A stretch of 64,000 bases of DNA from Capsulimonadales bacterium (GCA_033762295.1 JANRLW010000069.1:96001-160000), one strand, 5' to 3'. Counted from the stretch's first letter, positions 28,095 to 37,914 are shown. The notes: generated from the letters alone by a model not told the origin. Numbers and translations: made by a program.

Positions 28095-30509
28095 TCAGTC
28101 CTTGTACGGGTCGATTTCGTTTTCCCCGGCCATCGCCACGCCGATTGGGGTCAGGGTATGCAACAGGCGGACCGTGCCGGCATGGTGGGCGAGAACCTCC
28201 TCGATCCGCTTATAGCAGTGCGGCGACTCGTCGGTTCCGCCGCCGCGCAGTTCGACCCCCTTATCGCGAACGACCCACGCTTCCATCATCCGGTGCGTGA
28301 CCGCCCCCGGCGCGATGACCTTGCCGCCTTTCATCTTGCCGCGTGCTGCGGTCCGGCTCATCACGCGTCCCGCGCCGTGAACCGTCGAGTAAAGCGACTT
28401 TCGCGCCTCCTCGCTGTCCACCCCCTCCAGGATGACCGAGATATCGCCCATCGACCCGCCGACGAACCCTTTCTGGCCGGGGAACGCGGGAGTCGCCCCC
28501 TTCCGGACCACATACATCTCCTGCCCATGGTGGGTTTCTTTCCAGGCGTAGTTATGGTGGTTGTGAATCTCCTCGACGATCTTCCCGCCCAGAATGCGCG
28601 CTACCTTCCCGCAGACCCAGTCCCGACCGGCGTACGCGTACTTTCCGGCCAGTTCCATACACTGCAGGTACTCGCTGCCGAGGGAGGAGCGCACATCCAG
28701 CACGAGTGGTTCGGCGTCCATTCCCGGTTTCGCCTGTCCCATCTCCAGAAAGTGCGTCGCCGTTTTGTGGCCGAGTCCGCGCGAACCGAAGTGGACACCG
28801 ACCCAGACCCGGTCGGCTTCATCGACGAAGAGGTCGACATAGTGATTCCCCCCGCCGATGGTTCCCAACTGGTTCCGGGCCGTCTGCTTCAGGGTTCGCA
28901 TCGCCGGAAGCTTCCAGGTCTCGTCGTCAAATAGTTCGTGGTCGACCTCCTCGTTGTTGTTCCGGCCCATTCCGAACGAGAGCTTCGAATAGATCTCGTC
29001 CATCAGCTTTTTGATTTTGGTCCGGACCTCGCGTGCCGGAATGTCCAGCCGGACCGCCTTGTTGCCGCAGTTGTGGACGACCACACCGCTGGCGACGAAG
29101 CAATGCGCCGGATCGCCGGTAACGATATCGAACACCCTCGTTTCCCCCTGCTCGGTGATCCGATCGATCGGGCACCAGACGATCTCGCCCGATACGTCCG
29201 GCGTTACGGTTTTTCCAGGCTCACGACGCACGAACACCCGGTCGCCGTCGATCGCAGGGCAGGCAAACCCGCAGGAGACATCCAGCTTGCCGGTGATGTT
29301 CGTCAGGACCTCCCGCCCGGAAGTTCCGACGGACTGCCAGAAAACACTGGCGACCTCCGAGGCCGCAAGGCGTTTCAAGGAGGCATAGCAGAACCCAACC
29401 TCCTCGCAGAGGCGCACCTGCTGCGATACGCCACCGTGCACCTGCAGCAACCAGTCCCGGCGACCCTCACGCTCTCGACCGACCGGAGCAACCGACGCGG
29501 CGTATCCCAGACTCGTCAGCAGTCGAGCGACAAAACGGAGGGTGTCGGGATTCCCACCGGATGGCTTGATCTCCGGATTGGCCTTGCCGATACCGTCGAA
29601 ACGAGGCGTCCGACAGGCCCCGCTGAAAAAACCGGAAAGGAACTGCGCTCGCATCCAGCGCGGTGACCGGAGAAGGTAGGGCATCGGATCGCAGCCCCAC
29701 TCCTTGCGGCCCAACGGTGCGCCCAACTCGGCCAGCAAGCGATGCGGAGCGGTTGCGTTGACATGGACGCGAAGTTCGGTCAGGCGTCCGTCCGGGCCCA
29801 TGCGTCCGACGATACGGGCGCTGTAACCCAATCGGGCGAAATCACGGGAGATCGCTTCGGCGTCCGCCTCCGTCGTAGCGCGGATGCTGATGCGTTTCCC
29901 GTCGCGCGACAGGTGTCCGTCGCCGCAAACGACTCCCAGAAGACGAAGGAGCGGCGCGGCGAACGACGACAGAAGAACCGGCGGCAGATCATGGCTCACG
30001 GGTGCCTCGTACGGTAATCCGAGGAAGGGTAAGCACGCCACTTTATCGCCCGGCTTCAGGTCGGCGGCGGGCTTCCAGCCGTCCGCCGTACGAATCAGAT
30101 GGTCCGGAGTGCAGGTCAATGCGCGCCCATTCGTCAGACGCATCTTCCGTACCGGCTTCACCCCGCGGTCGATCGCCCCGAGGTTCGGCAGAATCCGGCG
30201 GACGGTCTCGCCATCCCAACCGATCACGGCATGATCCGGCAGGACGGATTCGATCGGAAGGTGGAACCCGTCGTCCGTCACTACCGGGGTACCCGAGGCG
30301 ATACAACCGATGTCGTAGCCGACACCGGACGGGCTTACTTTGTCGACATAGGCGACGACCCCGCCGATCGGTACGGCATAGCCCTTGTGGTGGTCGGCCA
30401 TTAACGCGACATCGGCGGCGTCCCGCGCACACGTGACGATCTGACGGAACGCTCCGTCATCGACCGGATCGCCCCAGACCTTGATTCCGTCAATCTCCTG
30501 CATTCCCAT
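28095..30509 (-). CDS. rtcB: RtcB RNA ligase interrupted by an intein
   Basis: MADHHKG..VPIGG, VGYDIG|C, QLGTIGGGNHY, HFGSRG, HHN, RKGATPA, HGAGR, DESP..YK. Confidence 0.95.
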   Translation of the reverse strand: MGMQEIDGIKVWGDPVDDGAFRQIVTCARDAADVALMADHHKGYAVPIGGVVAYVDKVSPSGVGYDIGCIASGTPVVTDDGFHLPIESVLPDHAVIGWDGETVRRILPNLGAIDRGVKPVRKMRLTNGRALTCTPDHLIRTADGWKPAADLKPGDKVACLPFLGLPYEAPVSHDLPPVLLSSFAAPLLRLLGVVCGDGHLSRDGKRISIRATTEADAEAISRDFARLGYSARIVGRMGPDGRLTELRVHVNATAPHRLLAELGAPLGRKEWGCDPMPYLLRSPRWMRAQFLSGFFSGACRTPRFDGIGKANPEIKPSGGNPDTLRFVARLLTSLGYAASVAPVGREREGRRDWLLQVHGGVSQQVRLCEEVGFCYASLKRLAASEVASVFWQSVGTSGREVLTNITGKLDVSCGFACPAIDGDRVFVRREPGKTVTPDVSGEIVWCPIDRITEQGETRVFDIVTGDPAHCFVASGVVVHNCGNKAVRLDIPAREVRTKIKKLMDEIYSKLSFGMGRNNNEEVDHELFDDETWKLPAMRTLKQTARNQLGTIGGGNHYVDLFVDEADRVWVGVHFGSRGLGHKTATHFLEMGQAKPGMDAEPLVLDVRSSLGSEYLQCMELAGKYAYAGRDWVCGKVARILGGKIVEEIHNHHNYAWKETHHGQEMYVVRKGATPAFPGQKGFVGGSMGDISVILEGVDSEEARKSLYSTVHGAGRVMSRTAARGKMKGGKVIAPGAVTHRMMEAWVVRDKGVELRGGGTDESPHCYKRIEEVLAHHAGTVRLLHTLTPIGVAMAGENEIDPYKD
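29070..30305 (-). mobile_element. Intein (412 aa) with LAGLIDADG-type endonuclease region
   Basis: Starts CIASGTPV, block B TPDH, ends VVHN followed by extein Cys; removal restores DIG-CGN; block C LLGVVCGDG. Confidence 0.93.
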
Positions 30510-30668
30510 AAATCGTTCCTTGCTCCCACATACGAGGATTGTCCGGTGCCATGTCGCGCGGGCCGCGCGAATTGCTCAATGCGCCGTCGAATTCGATGAC
30601 TCCTGCCGGACGGGTATACTACGGGCGATGCCGCGGTTGACCGCGGCGCTACGGGAGGAAGCATCATC

Positions 30669-31010
30669 ATGCCGAAAGTGACGGTGGAGGGCCACGGTAC
30701 GTTCGACGTGCCGGAGAACAAGAAACTGGTGCTGGGTCTGGAGGACGCGGGGATTCCGATGCTGCACCGCTGCGGGGGCGTACCCGCCTGTACGACGTGT
30801 CGTGTGAAGATTCTGTCCGGCGAGGTCGCGCCGATGCAGGAAGCCGAGAAGGAGGCGCTCGAGGAGCCGGAACTGATCGCGAACTACCGGCTCTCCTGCC
30901 AGATTCGCGTGCAGAACGATCTGACCGTGGAACTCTGGAAGACGCTTCCCGAGTTTCGCGCCGAGAACAACAACCCGGAACTCGGACCCGGCGATCGACC
31001 GGCGGACTGA
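30669..31010 (+). CDS. 2Fe-2S ferredoxin
   Basis: HRCGGVPACTTC...RLSCQ; GGAGG SD. Confidence 0.92.
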   Translation: MPKVTVEGHGTFDVPENKKLVLGLEDAGIPMLHRCGGVPACTTCRVKILSGEVAPMQEAEKEALEEPELIANYRLSCQIRVQNDLTVELWKTLPEFRAENNNPELGPGDRPAD

Positions 31011-31018
31011 GAGGGGGC

Positions 31019-31045
31019 TTCCCCTCCCTCGGTAAGGGAGGGGAA
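31019..31045. terminator. Hairpin between convergent genes
   Basis: ttcccctccct/agggaggggaa stem. Confidence 0.55.
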
Positions 31046-31056
31046 TTCGCACGAGG

Positions 31057-31731
31057 CTATCGGGTTCGGCGGCGAGCGATCAGTCCGAGCAGCGGCAGAC
31101 CGGCGAGCGCCAGAGCGATCGCGCCCGGTTCCGGCGCGGGAGCGGACAACCGGAACGCCAGGGAGACATTCGGATTGACGGCCCAGACCGGGTCGTTCTG
31201 CGTCGGCGCGAAGGCGGAGTTCGGAGTCACCCCGGCGACGCTGTCCTGCCAGTAGATGGCGGACGTATCGAACGGATCGGTCAGGCCACCCTCACGCATA
31301 CGGAACCAGTACGTACCCGCAGCCAGGGTAAACTGGGGGACATTGATATCGATCCGGGTGATGTTGGCGCCGAAGTTGTCGACGATACCGGTGTCGATCG
31401 CGGAAAACTGACCGATACCGGCGGTGCCGGATTCCAGGATGGTGCCGGGAAGGTTGCTCCCGCTGTTGTCGAAAATGAACCAGGAGAACTGCCCGTTGAA
31501 CTCGCCGCCGGTGAGGTCGAAGGGGCCGACGAAGTCGGTCACGAAAAATGAAACACGCCCGATCGTGGTCGAACTGCTGAACGAGAAGTCATCGGCGAAC
31601 GCACCGACAAGTTCGCGACTGCTGGCCGGGGACGGCGCGCCGTTGTCGAAAACCACCTGTGCGTGAGCGGAGCGGGAAGCGCCGCAGGCAAGGACGCCTG
31701 CCGCAAAGACGATGGAGAGAAGCCGCTTCAT
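31057..31731 (-). CDS. PEP-CTERM sorting-signal surface protein
   Basis: Signal peptide ending AHA; C-terminal APEPG + hydrophobic helix + RRRTR. Confidence 0.9.
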   Translation of the reverse strand: MKRLLSIVFAAGVLACGASRSAHAQVVFDNGAPSPASSRELVGAFADDFSFSSSTTIGRVSFFVTDFVGPFDLTGGEFNGQFSWFIFDNSGSNLPGTILESGTAGIGQFSAIDTGIVDNFGANITRIDINVPQFTLAAGTYWFRMREGGLTDPFDTSAIYWQDSVAGVTPNSAFAPTQNDPVWAVNPNVSLAFRLSAPAPEPGAIALALAGLPLLGLIARRRTR

Positions 31732-31861
31732 AGCAACCCTGTCCTTTCTAATTTTGGCTCCGTCCGCCGCTCTTGCCGACGCGGTGAGGACACCGATGGG
31801 ATTCTACCCATAAGCCAAAATTTTCAATCATTACCAGCCGTCAATGAACAAATTCAGGCTG

Positions 31862-31901
31862 AAAAAATGGAACGGTTTCGATGAAACCGTTCCATTTTTT
31901 T
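31862..31901. terminator. Strong intrinsic terminator downstream of speD-like gene (bidirectional form)
   Basis: Perfect 18-bp inverted repeat aaaaaatggaacggtttc-gat-gaaaccgttccatttttt. Confidence 0.85.
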
Positions 31902-31921
31902 CGGTGATGGTGTCGGGTCAG

Positions 31922-32380
31922 TCAGCGCAGGTCCGACCAGCGGGTCAGTTCGCTACGGACATTACAGCCCCAGTGAATGCCGCGGTCCTGCACATTCTCC
32001 TCGACCACCCGGTAAGTCCGGTAGTGGCGGCGAAGGATCGTGTGGACGTCCTCCACATCGAAGTGCTTGCAGGAGAACACATCGAGGAACAGTTCGCCGA
32101 GACCGGGATAGGTATGGATGGCCGCATGGCTCTCATACAGAATGACGACCCCGGAGGTGCCGTACTTTTCGGTCGTACCGCCTTCATAGCCGACCAGCGG
32201 ACCGGCCAGAATGCGCATGCCGATGTGACCGACGAGTTCCACCAGAAACTCCTTGACGGTTTCCGGATCGTTGAGCGCGCCGGGAGGTTCCAGATCGGCG
32301 ATGCGCAAGGTTAGGTGGATACCGTAGGTTTCGACGGACGACGGGGGTAACGAAACAGGCGTGGTTAGCACTGCGGACAT
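31922..32380 (-). CDS. speD: Pyruvoyl-dependent S-adenosylmethionine decarboxylase family proenzyme
   Basis: YGIHL, GTSGVVILYESHAAIHTYP autocleavage motif, LDVFSC. Confidence 0.8.
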   Translation of the reverse strand: MSAVLTTPVSLPPSSVETYGIHLTLRIADLEPPGALNDPETVKEFLVELVGHIGMRILAGPLVGYEGGTTEKYGTSGVVILYESHAAIHTYPGLGELFLDVFSCKHFDVEDVHTILRRHYRTYRVVEENVQDRGIHWGCNVRSELTRWSDLR

Positions 32381-32641
32381 ATTCGGATTTTCCTTTCCAG
32401 GGAATACGGGTGATCAAACGTGCGAACGGTGGACGCGGAGACGCAACAAGGGCGTCGATGATGAGGGAGTTTCAGGCAGATGTGGCCGTCTTAGATACTC
32501 TGCCGGGCGCGCAGAGCGTGACTGTAGGGGATAAAGTTGAGCAGGTTAAAGACGGATGTTGCCAATAAAGGAGTACCAGGAAAATGATCCGGGGAATTAT
32601 ATCACCTTTTCCGGTTTCGCAAGGTGCTTTTGGCGTCCCGG

Positions 32642-32684
32642 AAAAATAAATGCCCCGGAGACTGCGGCGGTCTCCGGGGCAATT
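32642..32684 (-). terminator. Terminator after citrate synthase
   Basis: tgccccggagac/gtctccggggca stem followed by tttattttt on the minus strand. Confidence 0.85.
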
Positions 32685-32704
32685 TGGAGCGAGGACGCGC
32701 GGGT

Positions 32705-33871
32705 CTATTCTCGTTCGTCGACCGGAACGTACTTGAGGCCGTGCGGACCGACGTAAACGGAGGCGGGACGGATCAGTCGGTTATCCTCGATCTGTTCCAG
32801 CATATGCGCGGTCCATCCGGAGGTGCGTCCGATACCGAAGATCGGGGTGAAGATTTCGCTGGGAACGCCCACCGCGTGCAGAATCAGCGCGGCATACAGT
32901 TCGACGTTGGCGTAGAGATCACGTCCGGGCTTTTCCTCGGCGAGAACGCGCACCGTGGTCTCCTCGACGGATTTCGTCAGTTCGAGGAGATGATAGTCGT
33001 TTGTCAGGGCGGCCATCTTTTCGGCGGCCTCCTGCAGGCGTGCCGCGCGCGGATCGCGGACTTTGTAGACGCGGTGACCGAATCCCATGATACGTCGCCC
33101 CGAGCGGATTTCATGGCGAATGAACGATTCGGCGAACTCCGGATTGCCGATCGCCTGAAGCATCTTGAGGACGGGACCGGGAACCCCACCGTGCTTGCTG
33201 CCCTTCAACGCGCCAATCGCGCCGGTAAGCGCGGAGATCATGTCGGAGTCGGTGGAAATGATGCAGCGTCCGGTAAAGGTCGAGGCGTTCAAACCGTGCT
33301 CGGCGATGGCGACCAGGTAGGCGTTCAGTCCGTCGACCCGGGCGGGGTCCGGCTCCTTCCCTTCGAGCATGTACAGGAACCCGGCGGCCAGTCCGTGTTC
33401 CGGTTTCGGCTCGACAATATCGAGTCCATGCTTCAGGCGGTAGGTATGGGCGACGATCGCCGGCATCTGGGCCTGCAGTCGGGCCGCGCGACGTCGGCAG
33501 TCCGCCAGGTCAAGACTGTTGACGGTCGGATCGGCAATGGACAGCATCGAAGCGCCGATGCGCAGAATATCCATTCCCTCGGCGAACGGCGCGACGGTTC
33601 GCAGGGCGGAGAGGACGCCGCCGGGAAGGTGGCGCGCGGAGGCCATTTCGTCTTTGAGGCCGTCGAGTTCCTTTCGGTTCGGCAGCTTGCCATGCCAGAG
33701 CAGGTAGGCGACCTCCTCGAACTGAACGTTGCCCGAAAGTTCGCTGATATCGTAACCGCGCAGGGTCAGACGACCCTTTTCCCCGTCCACTTCCGCGATC
33801 TTGGTCGCGGCGGCGACGATGCCTTCCAGGCCACGCGCCACCGGAGGAGGGGTTTTTGTTTCTTCGCTCAT
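32705..33871 (-). CDS. Citrate synthase / 2-methylcitrate synthase family
   Basis: GLEGI, L.LRGY, EHGLNASTF, G.KHGG, MGFGHRVYK..DPRA, NVELY, RP.S.Y. Confidence 0.93.
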   Translation of the reverse strand: MSEETKTPPPVARGLEGIVAAATKIAEVDGEKGRLTLRGYDISELSGNVQFEEVAYLLWHGKLPNRKELDGLKDEMASARHLPGGVLSALRTVAPFAEGMDILRIGASMLSIADPTVNSLDLADCRRRAARLQAQMPAIVAHTYRLKHGLDIVEPKPEHGLAAGFLYMLEGKEPDPARVDGLNAYLVAIAEHGLNASTFTGRCIISTDSDMISALTGAIGALKGSKHGGVPGPVLKMLQAIGNPEFAESFIRHEIRSGRRIMGFGHRVYKVRDPRAARLQEAAEKMAALTNDYHLLELTKSVEETTVRVLAEEKPGRDLYANVELYAALILHAVGVPSEIFTPIFGIGRTSGWTAHMLEQIEDNRLIRPASVYVGPHGLKYVPVDERE

Positions 33872-34029
33872 CGAGTTGTATCCTTAGACTCTATTGGATT
33901 TTGAATTCGGATGTCGGAATGGGATCGGTCGGGGGAATTCAGCGATGGTCGCGACGGCAATGCCGGTGTCAGTTTGCCATATGCGATGCCTTATAGCCCT
34001 TTAATTGTAGCCGTATTCCGGTCGGTTTG

Positions 34030-35856
34030 TCAATCCGCCCCGGCAGAGGGCAGGCTTGCCGCCGCCTCGATCGCCGCCTTCCGCATCTGAATCGCCCTGA
34101 GCCGGTCCGCATCGAATTTTGGTTGACGGTCGAAGGTATACAGGCCGTTTTCCTCCGGATAGATGTCGGTCAACTGCGTATAGCAATAGCCGAACATATC
34201 CGGATGATCCAGAAGAACGTCGCACAGACCCTGAAACCGGGCGTAAAATTCCTCGATATTCCTGACACGCTCGCCGTACCCCCAGGATTCCCGGTTGTCG
34301 AACGCCGCGGGATTCCACCAGATGCCGCCGAACTCACTGACGAAATACGGTTGCCCCCGGTAGCCGACACTGACCGGCCGCCCGTCCGCCCCGTTGATGA
34401 ACGGCTTTCCGTCGATCAGGGAGGCATGCCGATCGCGGAACGTCACCGGATTCTGGTCGTAATCGTGGCTGTCATACAGAGTGACCTCCGGGATGCGATG
34501 CGAATAGCCCGAGGCGTCGAGAACCGGGCGTGTGGGGTCCGTCGCGACGGTCGCCAGCCACATTCCGCGCGTGACGTCGTCCAGCGCCGTCATCCGGTCG
34601 GTCAGGTGCTGCCACGTCTCATTGAGCGGGCACCAGCCGATGATGGACGGGTGATTGTAGTCCCTCTCCAGCGCCTCAAGCCACTGGGTTATATACCCGG
34701 CATTCGGCTGCTGCGGTTCGGCGGACGGCCCGTACCCGTTGCACCCCCAATCACCGAACTCCCCCCAGAGCAGGTAACCGAGCCGATCCGCCCAGTAGAG
34801 GAAACGCTCCTCGAAAACCTTCTGATGCAGTCGCGCGCCGTTGAATCCGACCGCCAGGCTTCGCTCGATATCCCGCCGCAGTTCGTCGTCGCTCGGAGCG
34901 GTCATCACCGATTCCGGCCAGTATCCCTGGTCGAGGACGAGACGCTGGAAGATCGTCTCCCCGTTGATTTTGATCGCCTTGCCATCGATGGTCACCGACC
35001 GGAGACCGGCGTAGGACGTGGCCCGATCGACGACCGCGCCCTCCGGACCGAGCAGTTCCAGGGTCAGATCGTAGAGGTGGGGATCGGACGGCGACCAGAA
35101 CCGCACACGGTCCTCGGGGACCGGAAGAGAAAGTCGGGGCGAGAGATCGCGATCGGTCGGCGTCTCGGCGACCGCGAGAACCTCGTCTCCTTCCCGGAGC
35201 GTAACACGGACGGTGTACCCTGTTCGGTTCGCGCCCGGACCGCCCGCGTCCAGGGGCGTAACGATCTCAAATCTCCGGTTGCCGACATCGGGGGTGATAC
35301 GCGGACGACGGAACGCGATTTCCGGGACCGGTTCCATCCAGACGGTCTGCCAGAGGCCGGTGGTGCGGGTGTAGTGGCATCCGTGGGGAGCGAACCGGTC
35401 GGACTGCTTTCCCTGAGGTTTGGGGATTCCGTGCCGGTCACGCGCCCGAACGACGACGGTTACCGTCCGGTCACCCTCGATACTTCCGGTGATTTCCGTG
35501 GTGAAGGGGGTGAAGCCGCCACGGTGCCGTACCGCCTCCCGTCCGTTGACCCAGACGGTCGTTTCGTAATCGCTGGCCTGAAAGTGCAGCAAAACACGTC
35601 TCCCCGTCCATTCGTCCGGAAGGCGGACGGTTCGCCGGTACCAGACGGCGTTCAGGAAATCGGTCCGGTGCACCCCGGACAGGGCGGATTCGGGGCAGAA
35701 GGGCACGACGATCGTCTCGGCCAGGTCGCGCTCACGCAGTCCGCGTTCCAAACCGGAATCGCCGGGGTCCGCCTCGAACTGCCAGGAACCGTTGAGGCAA
35801 AGCCAGTCGGATCGAACGAACTGCGGGCGCGGGTATTCGGAACGAGGTACGGTCAT
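34030..35856 (-). CDS. Glycoside hydrolase family 2
   Basis: EYPRPQF, LNG.W.F, GKQ, LDQGYWP, RLHQKV, NHPSII.W..NE acid/base, SEFGG nucleophile, YTQLTD. Confidence 0.9.
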   Translation of the reverse strand: MTVPRSEYPRPQFVRSDWLCLNGSWQFEADPGDSGLERGLRERDLAETIVVPFCPESALSGVHRTDFLNAVWYRRTVRLPDEWTGRRVLLHFQASDYETTVWVNGREAVRHRGGFTPFTTEITGSIEGDRTVTVVVRARDRHGIPKPQGKQSDRFAPHGCHYTRTTGLWQTVWMEPVPEIAFRRPRITPDVGNRRFEIVTPLDAGGPGANRTGYTVRVTLREGDEVLAVAETPTDRDLSPRLSLPVPEDRVRFWSPSDPHLYDLTLELLGPEGAVVDRATSYAGLRSVTIDGKAIKINGETIFQRLVLDQGYWPESVMTAPSDDELRRDIERSLAVGFNGARLHQKVFEERFLYWADRLGYLLWGEFGDWGCNGYGPSAEPQQPNAGYITQWLEALERDYNHPSIIGWCPLNETWQHLTDRMTALDDVTRGMWLATVATDPTRPVLDASGYSHRIPEVTLYDSHDYDQNPVTFRDRHASLIDGKPFINGADGRPVSVGYRGQPYFVSEFGGIWWNPAAFDNRESWGYGERVRNIEEFYARFQGLCDVLLDHPDMFGYCYTQLTDIYPEENGLYTFDRQPKFDADRLRAIQMRKAAIEAAASLPSAGAD

Positions 35857-35877
35857 TGTTTTGTCTCCGGTCAAGGT

Positions 35878-36372
35878 TTAGAGGCGGGAATAGCTCCAGT
35901 AAAGAGGCTGCCCGGCTTCATAGGGCATCACGCCATGGAACGGACGCGGGTCGCCATCGAAGAGGAGGGGGAGGAAGTGGACATCGCCCGGCCAGAGCGG
36001 CAGTTTCAGACCCAGCAGGTCCGCCGTCGGCACCCATTCCAGCGTTCCCTCCGGATTGGACCGATGCGGCGTGCCGGTCCATCCGGTAATCAGGAAGAGA
36101 AACCCGAACCGGTCCTCCCGGTTTTTTCCGAATCTCGGCCAACTGATCGTGCCACGGAGCTCCATATCCGTGACGACGAGGCCGGACTCCTCGGAGATCT
36201 CGCGCCGCATTCCGGTCGCAACGTCCTCGTCCGGGTCCAGCTTGCCACCCAGACCGTTGAATTTCCCGTAGGCGAGGTCATCCGGGCGGGTATTGCGATG
36301 GATCAGGAGAACACGCTGTCGGTCGGCGGAGAGAACGTAGCCCAATGTGGCGAGGACGGGTGTATACGGCAT
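35878..36372 (-). CDS. NUDIX hydrolase, 8-oxo-dGTP diphosphatase (MutT-like)
   Basis: NGLGGKLD..E......RE..EESG Nudix box; EG.LEW, LW.GD. Confidence 0.88.
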   Translation of the reverse strand: MPYTPVLATLGYVLSADRQRVLLIHRNTRPDDLAYGKFNGLGGKLDPDEDVATGMRREISEESGLVVTDMELRGTISWPRFGKNREDRFGFLFLITGWTGTPHRSNPEGTLEWVPTADLLGLKLPLWPGDVHFLPLLFDGDPRPFHGVMPYEAGQPLYWSYSRL

Positions 36373-36379
36373 GGAAAAG

Positions 36380-36385
36380 ATTATA
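36380..36385 (-). promoter_or_regulatory. -10 box TATAAT 7 nt upstream of Nudix ATG (leaderless type)
   Basis: Minus strand ggTATAATcttttccATG, no SD. Confidence 0.65.
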
Positions 36386-36741
36386 CCGAGCAATTTTGGC
36401 GTGTACGAAAACTCACAGCAAAGTCTTGAACCGGCCGTTCGTTGTCGGCGTCCGAAATATGGAAAGAGATTATCGACAAAGGAAGCGCGTTCCTCCTTCC
36501 GAGAGAGTGCGGCGGTGCGGAGTATTCTCCTGTGAATCAGGGAAACTCCTCCGGTAATTATGCAATAATCCGCAAGCAAATATGCGAAGAAAAATCATTC
36601 GGAACGTGTCTTAGTAAATGTGAGGGGAACGGCGATAAGGTTCCGGCTCCCGACCCAGGTAAGGTGGTTTCCAGCGGACAGGAGGCCTACCGTACGGAAG
36701 AAGAGGTAAGTCCGCAATTCATTTCGGAAGGAGACGACGTT

Positions 36742-36993
36742 ATGGAAGGAACACGAAACGTGAAGATCGTTTATGGATTCGGCGCGAATGTCGCCTTTGT
36801 GGTCGCTCTGCTGATCGCGACCGTGTGGGCTGCTTACAACACCCGCGCCGTTGCCCTTCTGCAGAACCGTATGCCGGCCGCGACCGCCCCGAACTCCGCT
36901 CCCGCCCCGGCAGTGTCGCCGGTGGGATCGGATCAGCCGGTCAAGGTCACGTTGAATCAGCCGTCCGCCCGGATCGTTCGGGATCGGATCTGA
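36742..36993 (+). CDS. Small single-TM hypothetical protein (83 aa)
   Basis: AAGGAG SD; hydrophobic helix then Pro/Ala-rich tail; hairpin directly after the stop. Confidence 0.7.
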   Translation: MEGTRNVKIVYGFGANVAFVVALLIATVWAAYNTRAVALLQNRMPAATAPNSAPAPAVSPVGSDQPVKVTLNQPSARIVRDRI

Positions 36994-36995
36994 AC

Positions 36996-37055
36996 GGCCA
37001 CTCGTCGCCGACGAGTGGCCCCCCCGGTTCGTAGCCACCGGTTGTTTTTTCTTCT
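36996..37055. terminator. Hairpin(s) and T-tract between convergent genes
   Basis: ggccactcgtcg-c-cgacgagtggcc, then ccgg..ccgg and ttgttttttc. Confidence 0.6.
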
Positions 37056-37065
37056 TTGATCTCCG

Positions 37066-37875
37066 TTATTCCAGAAAGCCCTGTTGCCGCAGAAATCCGG
37101 CGCAAGCCTGTCTCCACATCGACAGCACCTCATCGTTACCGCCCAGACCGTACCCGTGCCCCCCGTGGGCGTAGACCTGCATCGCGAACGGAACCCCGGC
37201 GGCGCTGAGCGCCAGCGCAAAATTCAGACTGTTTTCCACAGGAACCGGTTCGTCGTCACTGCTATGCACCAGAAGGATCGGCGGCGTGGCGGAGGTGACC
37301 TGTGAGTCGTTGCTCAGGCGCATCACCATTTCCGGCGAGGGGGCTTCCCCCAGCAGGTTCCGTCTTGAACCGGCATGGAAAAACGGCTCGGACATCGTAA
37401 TCACCGGGTAGATCAGGACGGCGAAGTCGGGACGTGCCGACCGCCGTTCCACCGGGTCGGTGTCGTTGAGCGGGTCGAAGGAGTGAGTTGCGACGGTCGA
37501 GGCCAGATGCCCGCCGGCAGAGAATCCGAGGATGCCGATCCGCTGCGGATGCAACCCGCGCCGTTCCGCGGAGTGCCGGACGTATCGTACCGCGCGCGCC
37601 CCGTCCAGCGAGATCGCCGGGTACCGATACCGCGGTCCCAACCGGTATTTCAACACGAAGGCGGTGATACCCAGCGTATTGAGCCAGAGCGCCACCGGTT
37701 CCGCTTCGTGGGGGGCATGACCGCCATAACCGCCGCCCGGACAGACAATCACGGAGGTTCCGTTCGGCACGTCCGCCGGATAAGGCGTTATCAGGATACG
37801 GTCATCGTGGTCGTCGCTCAGGGCATAGGGAATATCCTCGTCGGGCCAGAGGGGTTCGGGTGGTTCGGCAGCCAT
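37066..37875 (-). CDS. Alpha/beta hydrolase (carbohydrate esterase-like)
   Basis: CPGGGY, GFSAGGHL nucleophile, RPDF.VLIYPVI, D..V, GGHGYG. Confidence 0.88.
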   Translation of the reverse strand: MAAEPPEPLWPDEDIPYALSDDHDDRILITPYPADVPNGTSVIVCPGGGYGGHAPHEAEPVALWLNTLGITAFVLKYRLGPRYRYPAISLDGARAVRYVRHSAERRGLHPQRIGILGFSAGGHLASTVATHSFDPLNDTDPVERRSARPDFAVLIYPVITMSEPFFHAGSRRNLLGEAPSPEMVMRLSNDSQVTSATPPILLVHSSDDEPVPVENSLNFALALSAAGVPFAMQVYAHGGHGYGLGGNDEVLSMWRQACAGFLRQQGFLE

Positions 37876-37914
37876 TCATCACCTTTTCCTTCCGAACGGA
37901 AAGCCGCCCGGATC

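Noticed and set aside
30540..30556. TGGCAC upstream of rtcB as a sigma54 promoter
   Set aside because: The -12 TTGC element is missing (reads TGGCAC-cggac-AATC)
32440..32545. SAM-I or spermidine riboswitch upstream of speD
   Set aside because: Only TTATC and GGCAGAG fragments match; the GCAAC and GGTGC core elements are absent
36631..36691. Fluoride riboswitch (GGCGAT...CCTAC)
   Set aside because: P1 pairing and the TGATG/TAATG segment are absent; the downstream gene is unrelated
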